A DNA stretch of 64,000 bases from contig CAWJWJ010000002.1 in assembly GCA_963846575.1 (NCBI GenBank), positions 2,688,001 to 2,752,000 on the forward strand. The letters are read 5' to 3'. The translations under genes and the position numbers were made by a program. Origin of the DNA: an uncultured Nitrospiraceae bacterium (lineage in GTDB: Bacteria > Nitrospirota > Nitrospiria > Nitrospirales > Nitrospiraceae). A model generated the notes under the pieces. The model was not told where the DNA came from. It did no database searches and saw nothing but the letters and a program-made list of their open reading frames with translations. The stretch's first letter is position 1, and every line of letters begins with the position of its first letter. This document shows positions 43,129-54,101 of the stretch, piece by piece.

Positions 43129-43565
43129 GCGGAATACACTGAGCCGGTTAGCCCCTTGCATCCAGGCAATCAGAACGACGTCCACGTTAAGGCGAGGCAT
43201 ACACATTCGCGTCAAATCTCGGTGGGCGCCCTGCGACCCGGTTCCGCATCGCACTGCAGGCGCGTCCATCCATGTCTCTGCGGCCTCCGTCCGTTGGTCC
43301 AGGGCGAATTCGGCACCCACATGACCGAACAGATTACGATAGCCACCATCAAAACCTCTAGTCGCATGACCTCCGACCCGACACACCCGCACCATCACGC
43401 GTGCCAGATCACTAACGATGAATCAAGCAACTGAATGCGGTTTCACCAGTGAGACCCTAGATATGAACCGCGGTACCACCAAGGGGTTACTGCATTCAGG
43501 TCTATCGAAAACAACGTTCGCGCTCTACGTTTAATCATAGGAGATGAACAATGGAGGAGGCCACT

Positions 43566-43811
43566 ATGAGTTGCTCGCGTTGCAATGGACACATGATCGA
43601 AGACCACCTGTTGGATATGGAAGACTCATCCGGCCCAATGTGGCTTCAAGCCTGGCGCTGCATGAACTGCGGCAATGTGTTCGATCACATACTTCATCAG
43701 AACCGTTTAACGCACGACGCGAAACTACACCCAAGCAGCATCTCTGCTACAGGCATGGATGGTGCCGTCAAGCATACCTCGGCAGCAAAATTGACTCGTC
43801 TTGTAGCGTGA
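43566..43811 (+). CDS. Small CxxC...WRCxxCG zinc-finger protein
   Basis: CSRCNGHM...AWRCMNCGNVFDHIL.QNR; RBS ggagg. Confidence 0.8.
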   Translation: MSCSRCNGHMIEDHLLDMEDSSGPMWLQAWRCMNCGNVFDHILHQNRLTHDAKLHPSSISATGMDGAVKHTSAAKLTRLVA

Positions 43812-43959
43812 GGTCCAGACAGGTGGACGTCACCCATACCGGTCAAACAGCTCAATCAAGAGACCCAGCCCCCTGCCATACCGCCGACAAAGACGCGGTG
43901 GAGTGGATACGGCTGGGTCCTCCTGTTCACCCAGCCACGCAATCTGCGGAATAAGCACC

Positions 43960-44160
43960 ATGTCCATCAATGTGGAATTAGCTCTGGTCCTGAGTCTGTT
44001 CATAATTGGTGCGCTAATACTGGCGATCGATAACCTGCTTGATGGATTGTACCGGCGTCTTACCCGCTGGATACAAAGTCGGAGATCACCTCCAACCGCT
44101 CCACAACCAGTTCTCTCCTCACAAAAGAAGCGTCATGGCGAGCCATGGGAAAAGTGGTAA
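43960..44160 (+). CDS. Small single-TM protein
   Basis: Hydrophobic N-terminus. Confidence 0.45.
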   Translation: MSINVELALVLSLFIIGALILAIDNLLDGLYRRLTRWIQSRRSPPTAPQPVLSSQKKRHGEPWEKW

Positions 44161-44403
44161 TGCAGCAGAATCGAGGACGTTTATATGGGGACTGTCTTCC
44201 GAATCGGACGGATCCACGGCGGCAGTACGTCCAAACCAGCCGCAGGATCGAAGAGGGCTAGATGCAGAGTCTCTACGACCAGGGCATGACGGGCGGGGAA
44301 TTCAGGCGCAACCGCCTCCCCGACATTGTATTCGGGCTCCCTGGCGTAGAGAACTGTTACAGGCAGAACAATCCAGGCACCCTCGACTGTAAGAAATCAC
44401 CAC

Positions 44404-44799
44404 ATGACAACTCTTAACATCAAGTCGATCATACGGGATGCCCTCATTGTCTATGCCCTGACATTTGGCTTTGGATTGGCCTCGGCTATCGCGGGCTTGA
44501 CCGTGCAAAATAGTCCGTCAACCGCCTTCATGGTCAATCTATTGTCAGGCGCAGCCGGATTCGCGATGGCGGCATTACGGACTGCTCGCTCTCGGGCCGA
44601 ACACATGGCCTGGGTCGCAGTCACTTTCTGGACACTCAACCTCACAAACATTGTGATTGGCTTGCAAACCTACCGGTCCTGGATACACAGCGGCGTCACC
44701 ATCATACTCATGGCAGGTCTGGGCGGCGTCTTCGCCAGAATATTGCAGCCGCTCTCTCATTCGATCCACACAGGCTACCGGGCGACACCGACGGAATAG
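44404..44799 (+). CDS. 4-TM membrane protein
   Basis: Hydrophobicity pattern. Confidence 0.65.
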   Translation: MTTLNIKSIIRDALIVYALTFGFGLASAIAGLTVQNSPSTAFMVNLLSGAAGFAMAALRTARSRAEHMAWVAVTFWTLNLTNIVIGLQTYRSWIHSGVTIILMAGLGGVFARILQPLSHSIHTGYRATPTE

Positions 44800-44954
44800 C
44801 CTCATCCTTGCCAGATCTGGAGCACCAGGGATCGCGTTGGAGCCGTATGCCTGGAGAAGCTCTGCCCGGGGATCCCACATTGAAAAATGAACTGGAGGAG
44901 GAAGATACCTCGAGCAAATCGGAAGGAGGTAAAAGACAAGCCCGGATTTCACGT

Positions 44955-46391
44955 CTAACTTTTCTCGGTCTCCGAAACGATCGGCAGGGGCCGCGCGGGC
45001 GGCTGCGGTTCTGGAGTCCAGCCACCACCTAACGCTTTGTAGAGTTGGACTATCGACACCAAATGCAGCCGATGCGTTCCCATCAGGGCTAATTCGGCTT
45101 CAAACAGATTGCGCTGTGCGATCAATACATCGAGGTAATTCGCCAACCCACCCTTATAACGGAGATTGGCCAGATTTAAGGCCGATCGCAAAGCTTCGAC
45201 TTGCTGCAGTTGAGCCGTGCGTTGCTCCCGCACAGTCCGAACCGCTACCAGGGAATCCTCGACTTCCTTGAAGGCCACCAATACGGATTGTTCATAGTCC
45301 GCCACGGCTTGCCTCGCCTGGGCCTCCGCCGCTCGCTGTTGAAAACCAAGAATCTGTGCATTGAATAAAGGACCGGCAAGGCCAGCTCCTGCCTGTCCGA
45401 ATGCAGTTTCGTTCGCCACCAGACGAGACAACTGCGGACTGGCCACACCCAGTATCCCGGTAATGCTCAGCTTCGGAAATCGATCAGCCTTCGCAACTCC
45501 AATACGTGCAGTAGCCGCAGCGAGACCCTGTTCCGCCTGCATAATGTCCGGGCGTCTTTGTAATAGCTCCGACGGCAGGCCGGGGGGAACCTCCGGAGGC
45601 ATCACCTGTTCTGTCAGAGAACGACCTCGAGCTATTTGGCCGGGATTGCGGCCCAACAGCACACTCAATTGGTTCTCCTTCTGTACCTTCTGACGCTCGA
45701 ATTCCGCCGCCTTGGCTGCCGCATTGGCGCGTTCCGCCTCAAATTGATCGGCATCCAGTTTAGAAATCATGCCTTGCCGCAATCGTGCCTGCGCGATCCG
45801 GACAGACTCCTCCCACGATTTCAATGTCCGCCGCGCAATATCAAGCTGCATATCGAACTGAAGGAGATCGAAGTAAGCTTCCGCAACACCACTGACGAGC
45901 TGCAGTACCACAGCACGACGGTTTTCCTCACGCGCAAGAAGGTCCCCCCGGGCGGCTTCATTCGATCGGCGGATGCGCCCCCAAATATCGAGTTCCCACG
46001 AGAGGGTTCCCTGCAGATAATAATTGAAGGGATTGGGAAATCCGGGAAAAAGGAAATTAGTTTTCCGTCCGAAGATCGGTGCATTAGACGTGAGGTCCAT
46101 TTTCGGAGCGAAATCAGTCCTGGTAATAAACAGGCGTGCCTGAAATTCCTCTACCGATGCTACGGCACGCTGGAGGTCTTTGTTCTCCTCCAGGGCGGTA
46201 TGTATCAATTTTTGTAATTCCTGATCCTTCAGTAACTCCCACCAAGGGGTATTGGCGATCGAGTCAGCATGGTCTCCCGGTTCGGCCATCCGGAAACCAT
46301 TCGGTGTGGTGGCCTCAGGCCTTGTAAAATCAGGTCCGACGGCGCAAGCCGCTAAAAGACTGGAAGAGATCACCAGAGCCAGTCTACGCAT
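44955..46391 (-). CDS. RND efflux outer membrane lipoprotein (NodT/OprM family)
   Basis: LAAC lipobox; WELDIWGR; PSELLQRRPDI; LYKALGGGW. Confidence 0.95.
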   Translation of the reverse strand: MRRLALVISSSLLAACAVGPDFTRPEATTPNGFRMAEPGDHADSIANTPWWELLKDQELQKLIHTALEENKDLQRAVASVEEFQARLFITRTDFAPKMDLTSNAPIFGRKTNFLFPGFPNPFNYYLQGTLSWELDIWGRIRRSNEAARGDLLAREENRRAVVLQLVSGVAEAYFDLLQFDMQLDIARRTLKSWEESVRIAQARLRQGMISKLDADQFEAERANAAAKAAEFERQKVQKENQLSVLLGRNPGQIARGRSLTEQVMPPEVPPGLPSELLQRRPDIMQAEQGLAAATARIGVAKADRFPKLSITGILGVASPQLSRLVANETAFGQAGAGLAGPLFNAQILGFQQRAAEAQARQAVADYEQSVLVAFKEVEDSLVAVRTVREQRTAQLQQVEALRSALNLANLRYKGGLANYLDVLIAQRNLFEAELALMGTHRLHLVSIVQLYKALGGGWTPEPQPPARPLPIVSETEKS

Positions 46392-49300
46392 GTTGATACT
46401 TTCGCTCCTTGTCGGTTCCATCTGATTCATCTCTGCTGGGGGACGGCGTCTGTCTTTTCAGACGATGGCTCAGCGAGCGAATCAGAACAAAAAAGAGTGG
46501 CACGAAAAAGATTGCTAGAAAAGTGGCGGCCAACATACCTCCGAACACTCCGGTACCGATCGAATTTCGACTGGCGGCGCCAGCTCCAGTGGCAACGACC
46601 AGTGGCACCACGCCCAGAATAAACGCCATCGAGGTCATGATAATGGGACGAAACCGGAGTTTGGCTGCCTCGATGGTTGAGTCGATCAAGGGGTGTCCCT
46701 CCTCGTATCGCCGGTTCGCAAATTCTACGATCAAAATGGCGTTCTTGGCCGAGAGTCCGATCAAAGTGACCAGACCGATTTGGAAATAGATATCGTTATT
46801 CATACCTTTCAGCCACACCGCCGAGAGAGCGCCGAAGAGACCGATCGGCACGGCCAGTATCACTGCAAACGGGACAACCCAACTCTCATATTGGGCAGCA
46901 AGCACCAGAAAAACCATCAACAGTCCGAAGCCGAACGCGTAGAGTGATTGACTTCCGACCATGCGTTCCTGAAAGGAAATGCCGCTCCAATCGATCGCAT
47001 ACCCCTTCGGCACAAGCACTTCCGTAGCAATCTCTTCCAACGCATCAAGCACTTGTCCCGAGCTGACCCCTGGAGCAGCCGCACCCAACACCAATGCCGT
47101 ATTGTAGCCGTTGAAATGTGTGACCGGATCCGGACCACTCGTGAACTCCGTAGTGACGACGGTATCCAAGGGAATCATCGTGGAACCTTGCGGCCCATTC
47201 GCGCGAACGAAAATCTTGGAAATATCTTCAGGCGTGGATCGATACTGGGCTTCGGCCTCGGTCTGAACGCGAAATACCCGGCCGAATTTGATGAAATCAT
47301 TAATATAGAAATTCCCGAAATAGGCCTGCATGGTATCAAAGACTTCCGAGATCGGCACCCCCAAGGCCTTGGCGCGTTCGCGGTTCACCTTGGCGTAAAT
47401 CCGCGGCGCACTGACCCGAAAACTGGTACCAATCGCGCCGACGGTCGGATTTTGCCTTGCCTTGGACACGAACTCTTGCGCAGCGGCCGAGAACTTATTG
47501 AAATCGCCGCTGCCGGGATCCTGTAGCTGCAACGTAAACCCGCCCGTCGCCCCGAGGCCCCGGATGGAAGGCGCATTAAACGCCAATATGAGCGCCTCAG
47601 GGATTTTGGCGAACTCGCCGTAGGCCGCGCCAATGAGGGACTTCACATGATCTTTGGGCGCAGTTCGCTCATCCCAATGCCGGAGCGGCACGAACATGGT
47701 TGCGGCATTGGGGCCCCGCGTGTTGAACACAAAATTTTGGCCGGACAATGCATCAGTCGAATGGATCGCCGGATTCGCCAGGAAATAACTCTCGATCTTG
47801 CTTAAGACTGCATCGGTCCGCTGCTTGGAGGCGCCGTCGGGTAATTGAACAATCGTAATAAAATACCCCTGGTCTTCTTCCGGCAGGAAGCTCCCGGGAA
47901 GCGCCCGAAAAAGCAGAAACACGCCTACCAGCAGTGCGGAAAACACCGCGAGTGACAATAAACGTCTCTTCAGCGCGCCTCCAACCGTGGTGACATACCG
48001 GCCCTGCATCCAGGCAAAGGTCCGGTTGAACAAACCGAAGAATCCATGGTGCCGCTCCTCGCCCGGCTTCAAGACAAGCGCGCAGAGCGCAGGGCTCAGC
48101 GTGAGGGCGACAAATCCGGAGATGATGACGGCGATCGAAATCGTAATCGCGAACTGTTTGTACAATTCCCCGGTAATGCCGCCCAGGAATCCCACAGGGA
48201 CAAATACCGCGCACAGCACCAGCACGATCGCTATAACAGGCCCCGTAACCTCTTCCATGGCCAGCTTGGCCGCCTGTTTGGGGGAGAGCTTCCCCTGCGT
48301 CATGTGCCGTTCGCAATTCTCGACGACCACGATGGCGTCGTCCACCACGATGCCGATTGCCAACACCATTCCGAAGAGAGTCAAGGTATTGATCGAAAAC
48401 CCGAGCGCTTGCATGCCGGCGAAGGTACCGATCAGGGACACCGGCACCGCCACGCCAGGAATCAACGTGGCGCGCCAGCTCTGGAGAAACAGATATACCA
48501 CGAGAATAACGAGGACCATCGCCTCCGCGAGCGTCTTCACGACTTCCTGGATGGAGACCTCGATAAAACGCGTGGTGTCGTAGGGGATATCGTAGGACAC
48601 CCCGGAGGGAAAGCTCTTGGAGACCTCCGCCAGTTCCGCTCGTACCCGCTTCACCGTATCGAGTGCGTTGGCCCCTGGCGAAAGAAATGTCAGCAAGAAC
48701 ACGTTGGGCTTGCCGTTCCAACGTCCTTCGAGCGTATAGGATTGCGCTCCCAGTTCAACGCGCGCCACATCCTTCAATCTGATCATCGATCCGTTGGGCA
48801 TGGCACGGACAATCAAATTCTCAAAGTCCTTGACCTCGGTGAGACGGCCTTGCGTAATCACGGGTATCGTCAGCTCGGTTCCCTTCAACGCCGGTTCACG
48901 ACCGATCGTCCCGGCCGGAAAATCCCGATTCTGCTCACGGACGACGCTGGAGATATCGGTCGGGGTGAGGCTGAGCTGCGCCATCCTGATAGGATCCAAG
49001 ATCAGCCGCATCGAATAGTTCTGGGATCCGAAGACAAGGGCGTTCCCCACCCCTCGCAACCGCTTCAGGTTGTCGACGACGCGGAGAATCGCATAATTGG
49101 ACAAGTAAACCGTATCGTGTGTCGGGTCGGTCGAACTCAGAGCCACGACCGCAAGCAGATCCGGCGAGACCTTCGTGATGCTGATGCCTTGGCGCACCAC
49201 TTCCGGAGGGAGCTGCGGTTCGGCCAGCTTCACCCGATTCTGCGTCTGGACTTGAGCGATGTCGACGTCGGTGCCGATTTCGAAGGTCAGCTTGATCGAC

Positions 49301-49566
49301 ATGTGTCCGTCATTGGTGCTCGTAGAATCGTAATAGAGCAGATTGTCGATTCCCGGAAGCTGGACCTCGATCGGGCGGGCAACGGAGTCGGCCACGATCT
49401 CCGCATTGGCACCGGGATAGTCGGCTTCAACCTGAACGACGGGCGGAGTGATTTCCGGGAATTGCGCGACCGGAAGCGCCCGTAAGGCCACCAACCCAAC
49501 CACGACAATAATAATGGACAAGACCGACGCAAAGATCGGCCGGTCGATAAAAAAGTGTGAGATCAC
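46384..49566 (-). CDS. RND efflux permease (HAE1, AcrB/MexB-like)
   Basis: FFIDRPIFA, GIVVDDAIVVVEN, KNAILIVEFA, RFRPIIMTS. Confidence 0.96.
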   Translation of the reverse strand: MISHFFIDRPIFASVLSIIIVVVGLVALRALPVAQFPEITPPVVQVEADYPGANAEIVADSVARPIEVQLPGIDNLLYYDSTSTNDGHMSIKLTFEIGTDVDIAQVQTQNRVKLAEPQLPPEVVRQGISITKVSPDLLAVVALSSTDPTHDTVYLSNYAILRVVDNLKRLRGVGNALVFGSQNYSMRLILDPIRMAQLSLTPTDISSVVREQNRDFPAGTIGREPALKGTELTIPVITQGRLTEVKDFENLIVRAMPNGSMIRLKDVARVELGAQSYTLEGRWNGKPNVFLLTFLSPGANALDTVKRVRAELAEVSKSFPSGVSYDIPYDTTRFIEVSIQEVVKTLAEAMVLVILVVYLFLQSWRATLIPGVAVPVSLIGTFAGMQALGFSINTLTLFGMVLAIGIVVDDAIVVVENCERHMTQGKLSPKQAAKLAMEEVTGPVIAIVLVLCAVFVPVGFLGGITGELYKQFAITISIAVIISGFVALTLSPALCALVLKPGEERHHGFFGLFNRTFAWMQGRYVTTVGGALKRRLLSLAVFSALLVGVFLLFRALPGSFLPEEDQGYFITIVQLPDGASKQRTDAVLSKIESYFLANPAIHSTDALSGQNFVFNTRGPNAATMFVPLRHWDERTAPKDHVKSLIGAAYGEFAKIPEALILAFNAPSIRGLGATGGFTLQLQDPGSGDFNKFSAAAQEFVSKARQNPTVGAIGTSFRVSAPRIYAKVNRERAKALGVPISEVFDTMQAYFGNFYINDFIKFGRVFRVQTEAEAQYRSTPEDISKIFVRANGPQGSTMIPLDTVVTTEFTSGPDPVTHFNGYNTALVLGAAAPGVSSGQVLDALEEIATEVLVPKGYAIDWSGISFQERMVGSQSLYAFGFGLLMVFLVLAAQYESWVVPFAVILAVPIGLFGALSAVWLKGMNNDIYFQIGLVTLIGLSAKNAILIVEFANRRYEEGHPLIDSTIEAAKLRFRPIIMTSMAFILGVVPLVVATGAGAASRNSIGTGVFGGMLAATFLAIFFVPLFFVLIRSLSHRLKRQTPSPSRDESDGTDKERKYQHA

Positions 49567-50759
49567 GAAGTACGCTCCACTTCGGGCCGGACGGGGTTCG
49601 GCGCGGTGGTCGCACCAAGGTCCGGAACCGGAACCGGCTTCACCGGAGCGCCGGGAGCGATTTTATGCAAGCCGTCGACAATGACGCGGTCGCCTACTCG
49701 CAAGCCCTCCTCGACCATCCATTGCTTCCCTTGCCAGCTGGTCGCCTGGATCTCCCGCATTTGAACGTTATCGTCGTTATCGACCACATACACGATCGAG
49801 CCCTTCGCACCCTGCTGGACGGCGCGTTGCGGCACGAGAATCGCGCCGGTCTTGACTGTGCCCTTGAATCGCACCCGCACGAACTGTCCTGGCAACAGCT
49901 GTCGATCAGGGTTCGGAAAGACCACCCGCGCCTGCCGTGAGCCCGTATCAGTCCTGAGCCCGATATCAAGAAGGTCCAGGACACCTTCGTGCTCATACGT
50001 CGTGCCATCCACGAAGGTGAGTATCCCGCGCAAATGGTAGACGCCCGGATGTTGGATTCGTTTGGCATCGCTATCCCGGCGTCGTTTCAGCAGGAAACTT
50101 TCGGGGGCGCTGACGATCACATACATCGGGTCTACCTGGTAAATCATAGTCAGCAGGTCGGTTTGCGCCGAAACCAGCCGCCCCTCATAGGCCCTCGTAC
50201 GCTCAATCATGCCGTCCACTGGAGCTATGATGAGCGTATTATCCAAATCAAATTTTGCTTTCACCAGTTCTGCCTTGGCGCCTTCAAGGGCCGCCTTGGC
50301 CGACAATTCCTCTGCCACGGCATCATCCACATCTTTCGTGCTCACAGCCTGCTCCGCCAGCAGCGGCTTAACCCGAGCTAAATTCTGCTTTGCTTGCACG
50401 AGTCGCGCTTCCGACTGCGCCACCTGGGCCTTGGCGCTCAACATTGCAGCGTGAAACGGAACCGGGTCGATCTGATACAAACGGTCGCCTTTCTTCACGT
50501 CGCGACCTTCTTTGAAAAACCAAGCCTTCAATATCCCCGTCACCTGGGATCGGATTTCCACCGGACGCGAAGACTCTGCTTGCCCGATGAACTCCGGTTC
50601 ATCCGGCACATCCTGAGCCGTCGCCACGATAATGCCCACCTCCGGGACCGGAGGAGCGGGAGGTGCGCCAGCTTGCGGCTTGCAACCCGGCAGCACAGTG
50701 AGGATGAGACAGGCGGTCAGAATGGACGCTACGGTCGATGAACGCATTCGTCTCGCCAT
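49563..50759 (-). CDS. RND periplasmic adaptor (MFP)
   Basis: EIRSQVTG, LYQIDP, IAPVDG, LLPGQFV. Confidence 0.95.
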   Translation of the reverse strand: MARRMRSSTVASILTACLILTVLPGCKPQAGAPPAPPVPEVGIIVATAQDVPDEPEFIGQAESSRPVEIRSQVTGILKAWFFKEGRDVKKGDRLYQIDPVPFHAAMLSAKAQVAQSEARLVQAKQNLARVKPLLAEQAVSTKDVDDAVAEELSAKAALEGAKAELVKAKFDLDNTLIIAPVDGMIERTRAYEGRLVSAQTDLLTMIYQVDPMYVIVSAPESFLLKRRRDSDAKRIQHPGVYHLRGILTFVDGTTYEHEGVLDLLDIGLRTDTGSRQARVVFPNPDRQLLPGQFVRVRFKGTVKTGAILVPQRAVQQGAKGSIVYVVDNDDNVQMREIQATSWQGKQWMVEEGLRVGDRVIVDGLHKIAPGAPVKPVPVPDLGATTAPNPVRPEVERTS

Positions 50760-50908
50760 GCTCGCTCCCTGATAAAAATCTGAAAAGCTGATCGCACAAG
50801 CCGAATGACGGCGCTATCTTACTGTTTGGACCCCGCGTTAGCAACGAAACCAGCGGCCCTCATGCGGGGATCGCCATGAGTCTCACCCGGAGGATTGAGT
50901 GGTTTCCC

Positions 50909-51196
50909 TTATCCGTTTTCGGTCGGCCCGCGCCCTGTGATGTTCTCTACAATAGACCGTGTGAGGCAATCTGGTGCGTGAAACATCGCACCCTGCTCCC
51001 ACAGGTGAGTCAGAAGTTGCCTTCCATCCTCGTCAATGAAAGTGACCCCCGCCAGATCGACGATTGTGCCGCTGCGCTGATGGGATGGCAGCTCCGCCCA
51101 GCAATGCGCCAACTCCTGCACCCATGGCCCGGTTAGTCGACCTTCCAATCTCAGTCGGGGAACGGCATGAGAACTGTCAGGGGTGATCCTCAACAA
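50909..51196 (-). CDS. STAS-like domain protein
   Basis: LRLEGRLTGPWV...VDLAGVTFIDEDG. Confidence 0.8.
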   Translation of the reverse strand: MLRITPDSSHAVPRLRLEGRLTGPWVQELAHCWAELPSHQRSGTIVDLAGVTFIDEDGRQLLTHLWEQGAMFHAPDCLTRSIVENITGRGPTENG

Positions 51197-51291
51197 GACA
51201 TCACCCTGTCAGGAGATGTTCCAGCCCTCTTGCCCCGCCTGTATTGAGACAGCAGCACGATTTCCGTGGTTCTTATCATGCCTGGAACAAT

Positions 51292-51307
51292 AGCAATGAC
51301 TATTCCA
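51292..51307 (-). promoter_or_regulatory. Putative sigma-54 promoter for the STAS-RND operon
   Basis: TGGAATAGTCATTGCT on the minus strand. Confidence 0.5.
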
Positions 51308-51638
51308 GCGACTGGTCGGCCGAAACCAATCCTCAGAAACCGCCACTGTATTGATTATTCCAGCGTGAGATTCGCACTGGGAGGTGTGCGACAGAAGAAA
51401 TGCCGACGGGCAGATGCCGAATTGTCGGCATCTGCCCGTCGGTCGGCAGCCTGTTCATCGACGCAAAGAGATGGCCATCCAGCAGCTAGCCATGAACCGA
51501 ATTCGCCACCTCCTGCAGTTATTCCCGATCAGGTCACCAATCTGCGGGATCAGGGACCAGTGGGGGCTCTGAAACGCCGGGCAACGCGTGCCGCGACCCC
51601 GACGCTTGCCGGCTTGTTGCACCTGACCAGGCCGGTGC

Positions 51639-52235
51639 CTATTTTCGGGTATAGATGATCTCCATCATCTTCATCTCTTTTCCGCCCTTGTGGGTCCCGT
51701 ACATCTCGAAGGTCTGGCTGTTCGCATCCACCAACTTCCAGACCGCGCGATGTTTCATCTGACCTCCACCCGGTTCATCATGCTGCCCCTCCAAGGTGAT
51801 GGTCTTGCCGTCCGCGCTTGCCGTGCCTTCCATGAAGAAGATCCCGGTCGCCATGGTATCGATCCACATCGTGACGTATTTCTTGCGAAGATTGTCATAC
51901 CCGTCGATCCCGATCCCGGAGAAGGGTTTCCCCATCATCTCTCCCGTAAATTCCTGGTGGAGAAAGCGGCCGTCCAGCAACACCTTCATTTCAGCGGTGC
52001 CTGCGGATTCCATAGGCGGTTTTCCAGGTTCCATCCAGGACTTGGTGTGTGTGGTCCAACTTCCGGCCAGACTGGCAAGTTGCTGGTGAGGCTCACCGGG
52101 CGTGGCCAGCTTTTGGTAGACCTCCATCATGGCCTGCGGATCCATTTGTGTGTCCGACTTCTTCTCTTTGGCCATAGCAACGGAACTCGACAGCAGGATG
52201 CAGAGAGCAGCGACGGTCAGAAATGTCAGACGCAT
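51639..52235 (-). CDS. DUF1579 exported protein
   Basis: ATPGEPH..LA.LAGSW...GYDNLRKKYV..WID. Confidence 0.85.
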   Translation of the reverse strand: MRLTFLTVAALCILLSSSVAMAKEKKSDTQMDPQAMMEVYQKLATPGEPHQQLASLAGSWTTHTKSWMEPGKPPMESAGTAEMKVLLDGRFLHQEFTGEMMGKPFSGIGIDGYDNLRKKYVTMWIDTMATGIFFMEGTASADGKTITLEGQHDEPGGGQMKHRAVWKLVDANSQTFEMYGTHKGGKEMKMMEIIYTRK

Positions 52236-52564
52236 GGTGTCCTCCTCAGGTCATAGTTATGGTTGTTCACCTCGATGATGGCGTAGCCGCCGGGCCAGGC
52301 GGCAGTGAGGCTCTCAGGCCTTAGCCAACATCCTGAATCTTCCCCTGGTGCGTTCAGTACCTCCGTACTGTTTCAGCAGTAGGCCCCAGACCCGCCCCTT
52401 TGGCCTCCGGCGGCCCGTTTCTGCACTTACTATCCTCGGACTGAGGACCTCCGCTCCTTGGTACGTATCGAGTCAGGACGTCATCGACACGGACGCTCTC
52501 GCCTTTCCATCAACGAATGGTGCTCTTGCCCGTTCGAGGCTTATGTGATCAGTCAAACAACGGC

Positions 52565-53338
52565 TTAGTGACGTTTCGGTTTGGGCACACACCACAGGTC
52601 TTTGACTTTGCAAAGGCTTGCGAGCATCTCTTCGGACTCTTGAGTAATGGTTGCTATTTCCGTCTGGTCGATCGGCTGCACCATGTATCCATGGGGGCCA
52701 TGAAGGATCACAAACGGATACATGCCACCGGGTTTCCCGCCGCCGATGTCTTCGTTGGATACATGGGGAGCGTAATACATCACGTGCGGGAAATTAATGG
52801 TTTGGACATGGTCGCTTTCATCCGGGTTGGTGAACGTTCTGAGCACTGGAGACAGCATATACGAAATCCCGGTTCGTTCCGGCGCCCTATAGTAGCCTGA
52901 TTTGTAACGGTCCTTGATCGTGCTCTTGAGTTCACCCGGAGACATACCCGTAGCCTGCAGTTTTGCGATGTCAAAAAAGACCTGCATCTGTGCCCCGGGA
53001 CCTGCGTTGTCGAACGAAATCGGGTAGAGAATATCATCCCGATATTCCTTCAAGGGCCAGGCTCCCCTGCATGTATCCTCCCCGGTTCGGGCGACAAAGG
53101 CATGGAAACCGTTCGTCCCCTTGCGGGCAACCTCAAAGCCCGACTCGGGATTCAAGGTATACACGGTTGCCTCGCCTCTGAGGCGTGCGGGGAGCGCGCT
53201 GAGCGCCAGTTGAATCTCCAGATCTCGCGGGAGCGGTTCGAGCGTGGTCCTCACCTTGGACATCGTACTCTCCTCGGCATTCGCGCTGAGCACAAACAAG
53301 AGGGTCACAATGGCAACAAGACACTGAACGGTTTTCAT
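52565..53338 (-). CDS. Exported hypothetical protein
   Basis: Signal peptide; ALSALP...GTNGF...SYMLSP...PHVMYYAP. Confidence 0.75.
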   Translation of the reverse strand: MKTVQCLVAIVTLLFVLSANAEESTMSKVRTTLEPLPRDLEIQLALSALPARLRGEATVYTLNPESGFEVARKGTNGFHAFVARTGEDTCRGAWPLKEYRDDILYPISFDNAGPGAQMQVFFDIAKLQATGMSPGELKSTIKDRYKSGYYRAPERTGISYMLSPVLRTFTNPDESDHVQTINFPHVMYYAPHVSNEDIGGGKPGGMYPFVILHGPHGYMVQPIDQTEIATITQESEEMLASLCKVKDLWCVPKPKRH

Positions 53339-53511
53339 AGTGCGTTCCTCCTGTGTGTGACTGCCTGACGCTGGAGCCCTTCATTTGTTCTGACGGCCGA
53401 TGGCGTGCGGCGCGACTCTGCAACGACGGGATCCTGCTTCATTGCGACATCGATGAACAGCGCAGGATCACGGTCACAGCATCGATCTGATGACGTCAGT
53501 ACCACTCCTTG

Positions 53512-53943
53512 CTACTGCCTCTTGGCTGCCTCTGCCCGGATGCGCTCTTCTTGCGCTCTCAGTTCCGGCGTGAACTCGGCTCCAAAGTCCTCCGCTTCGA
53601 AGATCTGGCGAATTTCGATTTCTCCTTCTCTGCCGTCCACGGCCGGATTCGGACAGCGCTTCACCCATTCGATCGCTTCCTCCTTCGACCGCAGTTGCCA
53701 GATCCAATAGCCGGCGATCAACTCCTTGGTCTCAGCAAAGGGTCCGTCGATCACGGTTCTCTTGTCTCCAGAGAATGTGACCCGCGCGCCTTTGGCACTC
53801 GGCTGAAGTCCGTCGCCGGCAAGGAGAACGCCGGCCTGTACGAGTTCTTCGTTGAACTTCCCCATCTCTGAGAGCAACTTCTCGCTCGGCATCACGCCGG
53901 CTTCCGAATCCTTCGTGGCTTTGACAATAATCATGAATCGCAT
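53512..53943 (-). CDS. YciI/DGPF domain protein
   Basis: IDGPFAETKELIAGYW. Confidence 0.9.
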   Translation of the reverse strand: MRFMIIVKATKDSEAGVMPSEKLLSEMGKFNEELVQAGVLLAGDGLQPSAKGARVTFSGDKRTVIDGPFAETKELIAGYWIWQLRSKEEAIEWVKRCPNPAVDGREGEIEIRQIFEAEDFGAEFTPELRAQEERIRAEAAKRQ

Positions 53944-54056
53944 AATGATCTCTCCTCCCTGCATCCAGAGTCACGGGGACCCCTTCGGGGGCTCGACTGG
54001 TGCGAAGGCCGTACCGACTATCCCAATCCGCCCAATTGAGCACCTCCTCTCCTCTC

Positions 54057-54084
54057 TAGTCGATGGCGGGACGACATTTCGACG
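54057..54084 (-). promoter_or_regulatory. ECF42-type promoter
   Basis: CGTCGA-N16-CGACTA. Confidence 0.6.
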
Positions 54085-54101
54085 GCCCTTCTCCCGGTTC
54101 T

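Noticed and set aside
48046..49485. 479-aa plus-strand ORF
   Set aside because: Antisense shadow of the RND permease, typical of high-GC codon bias.
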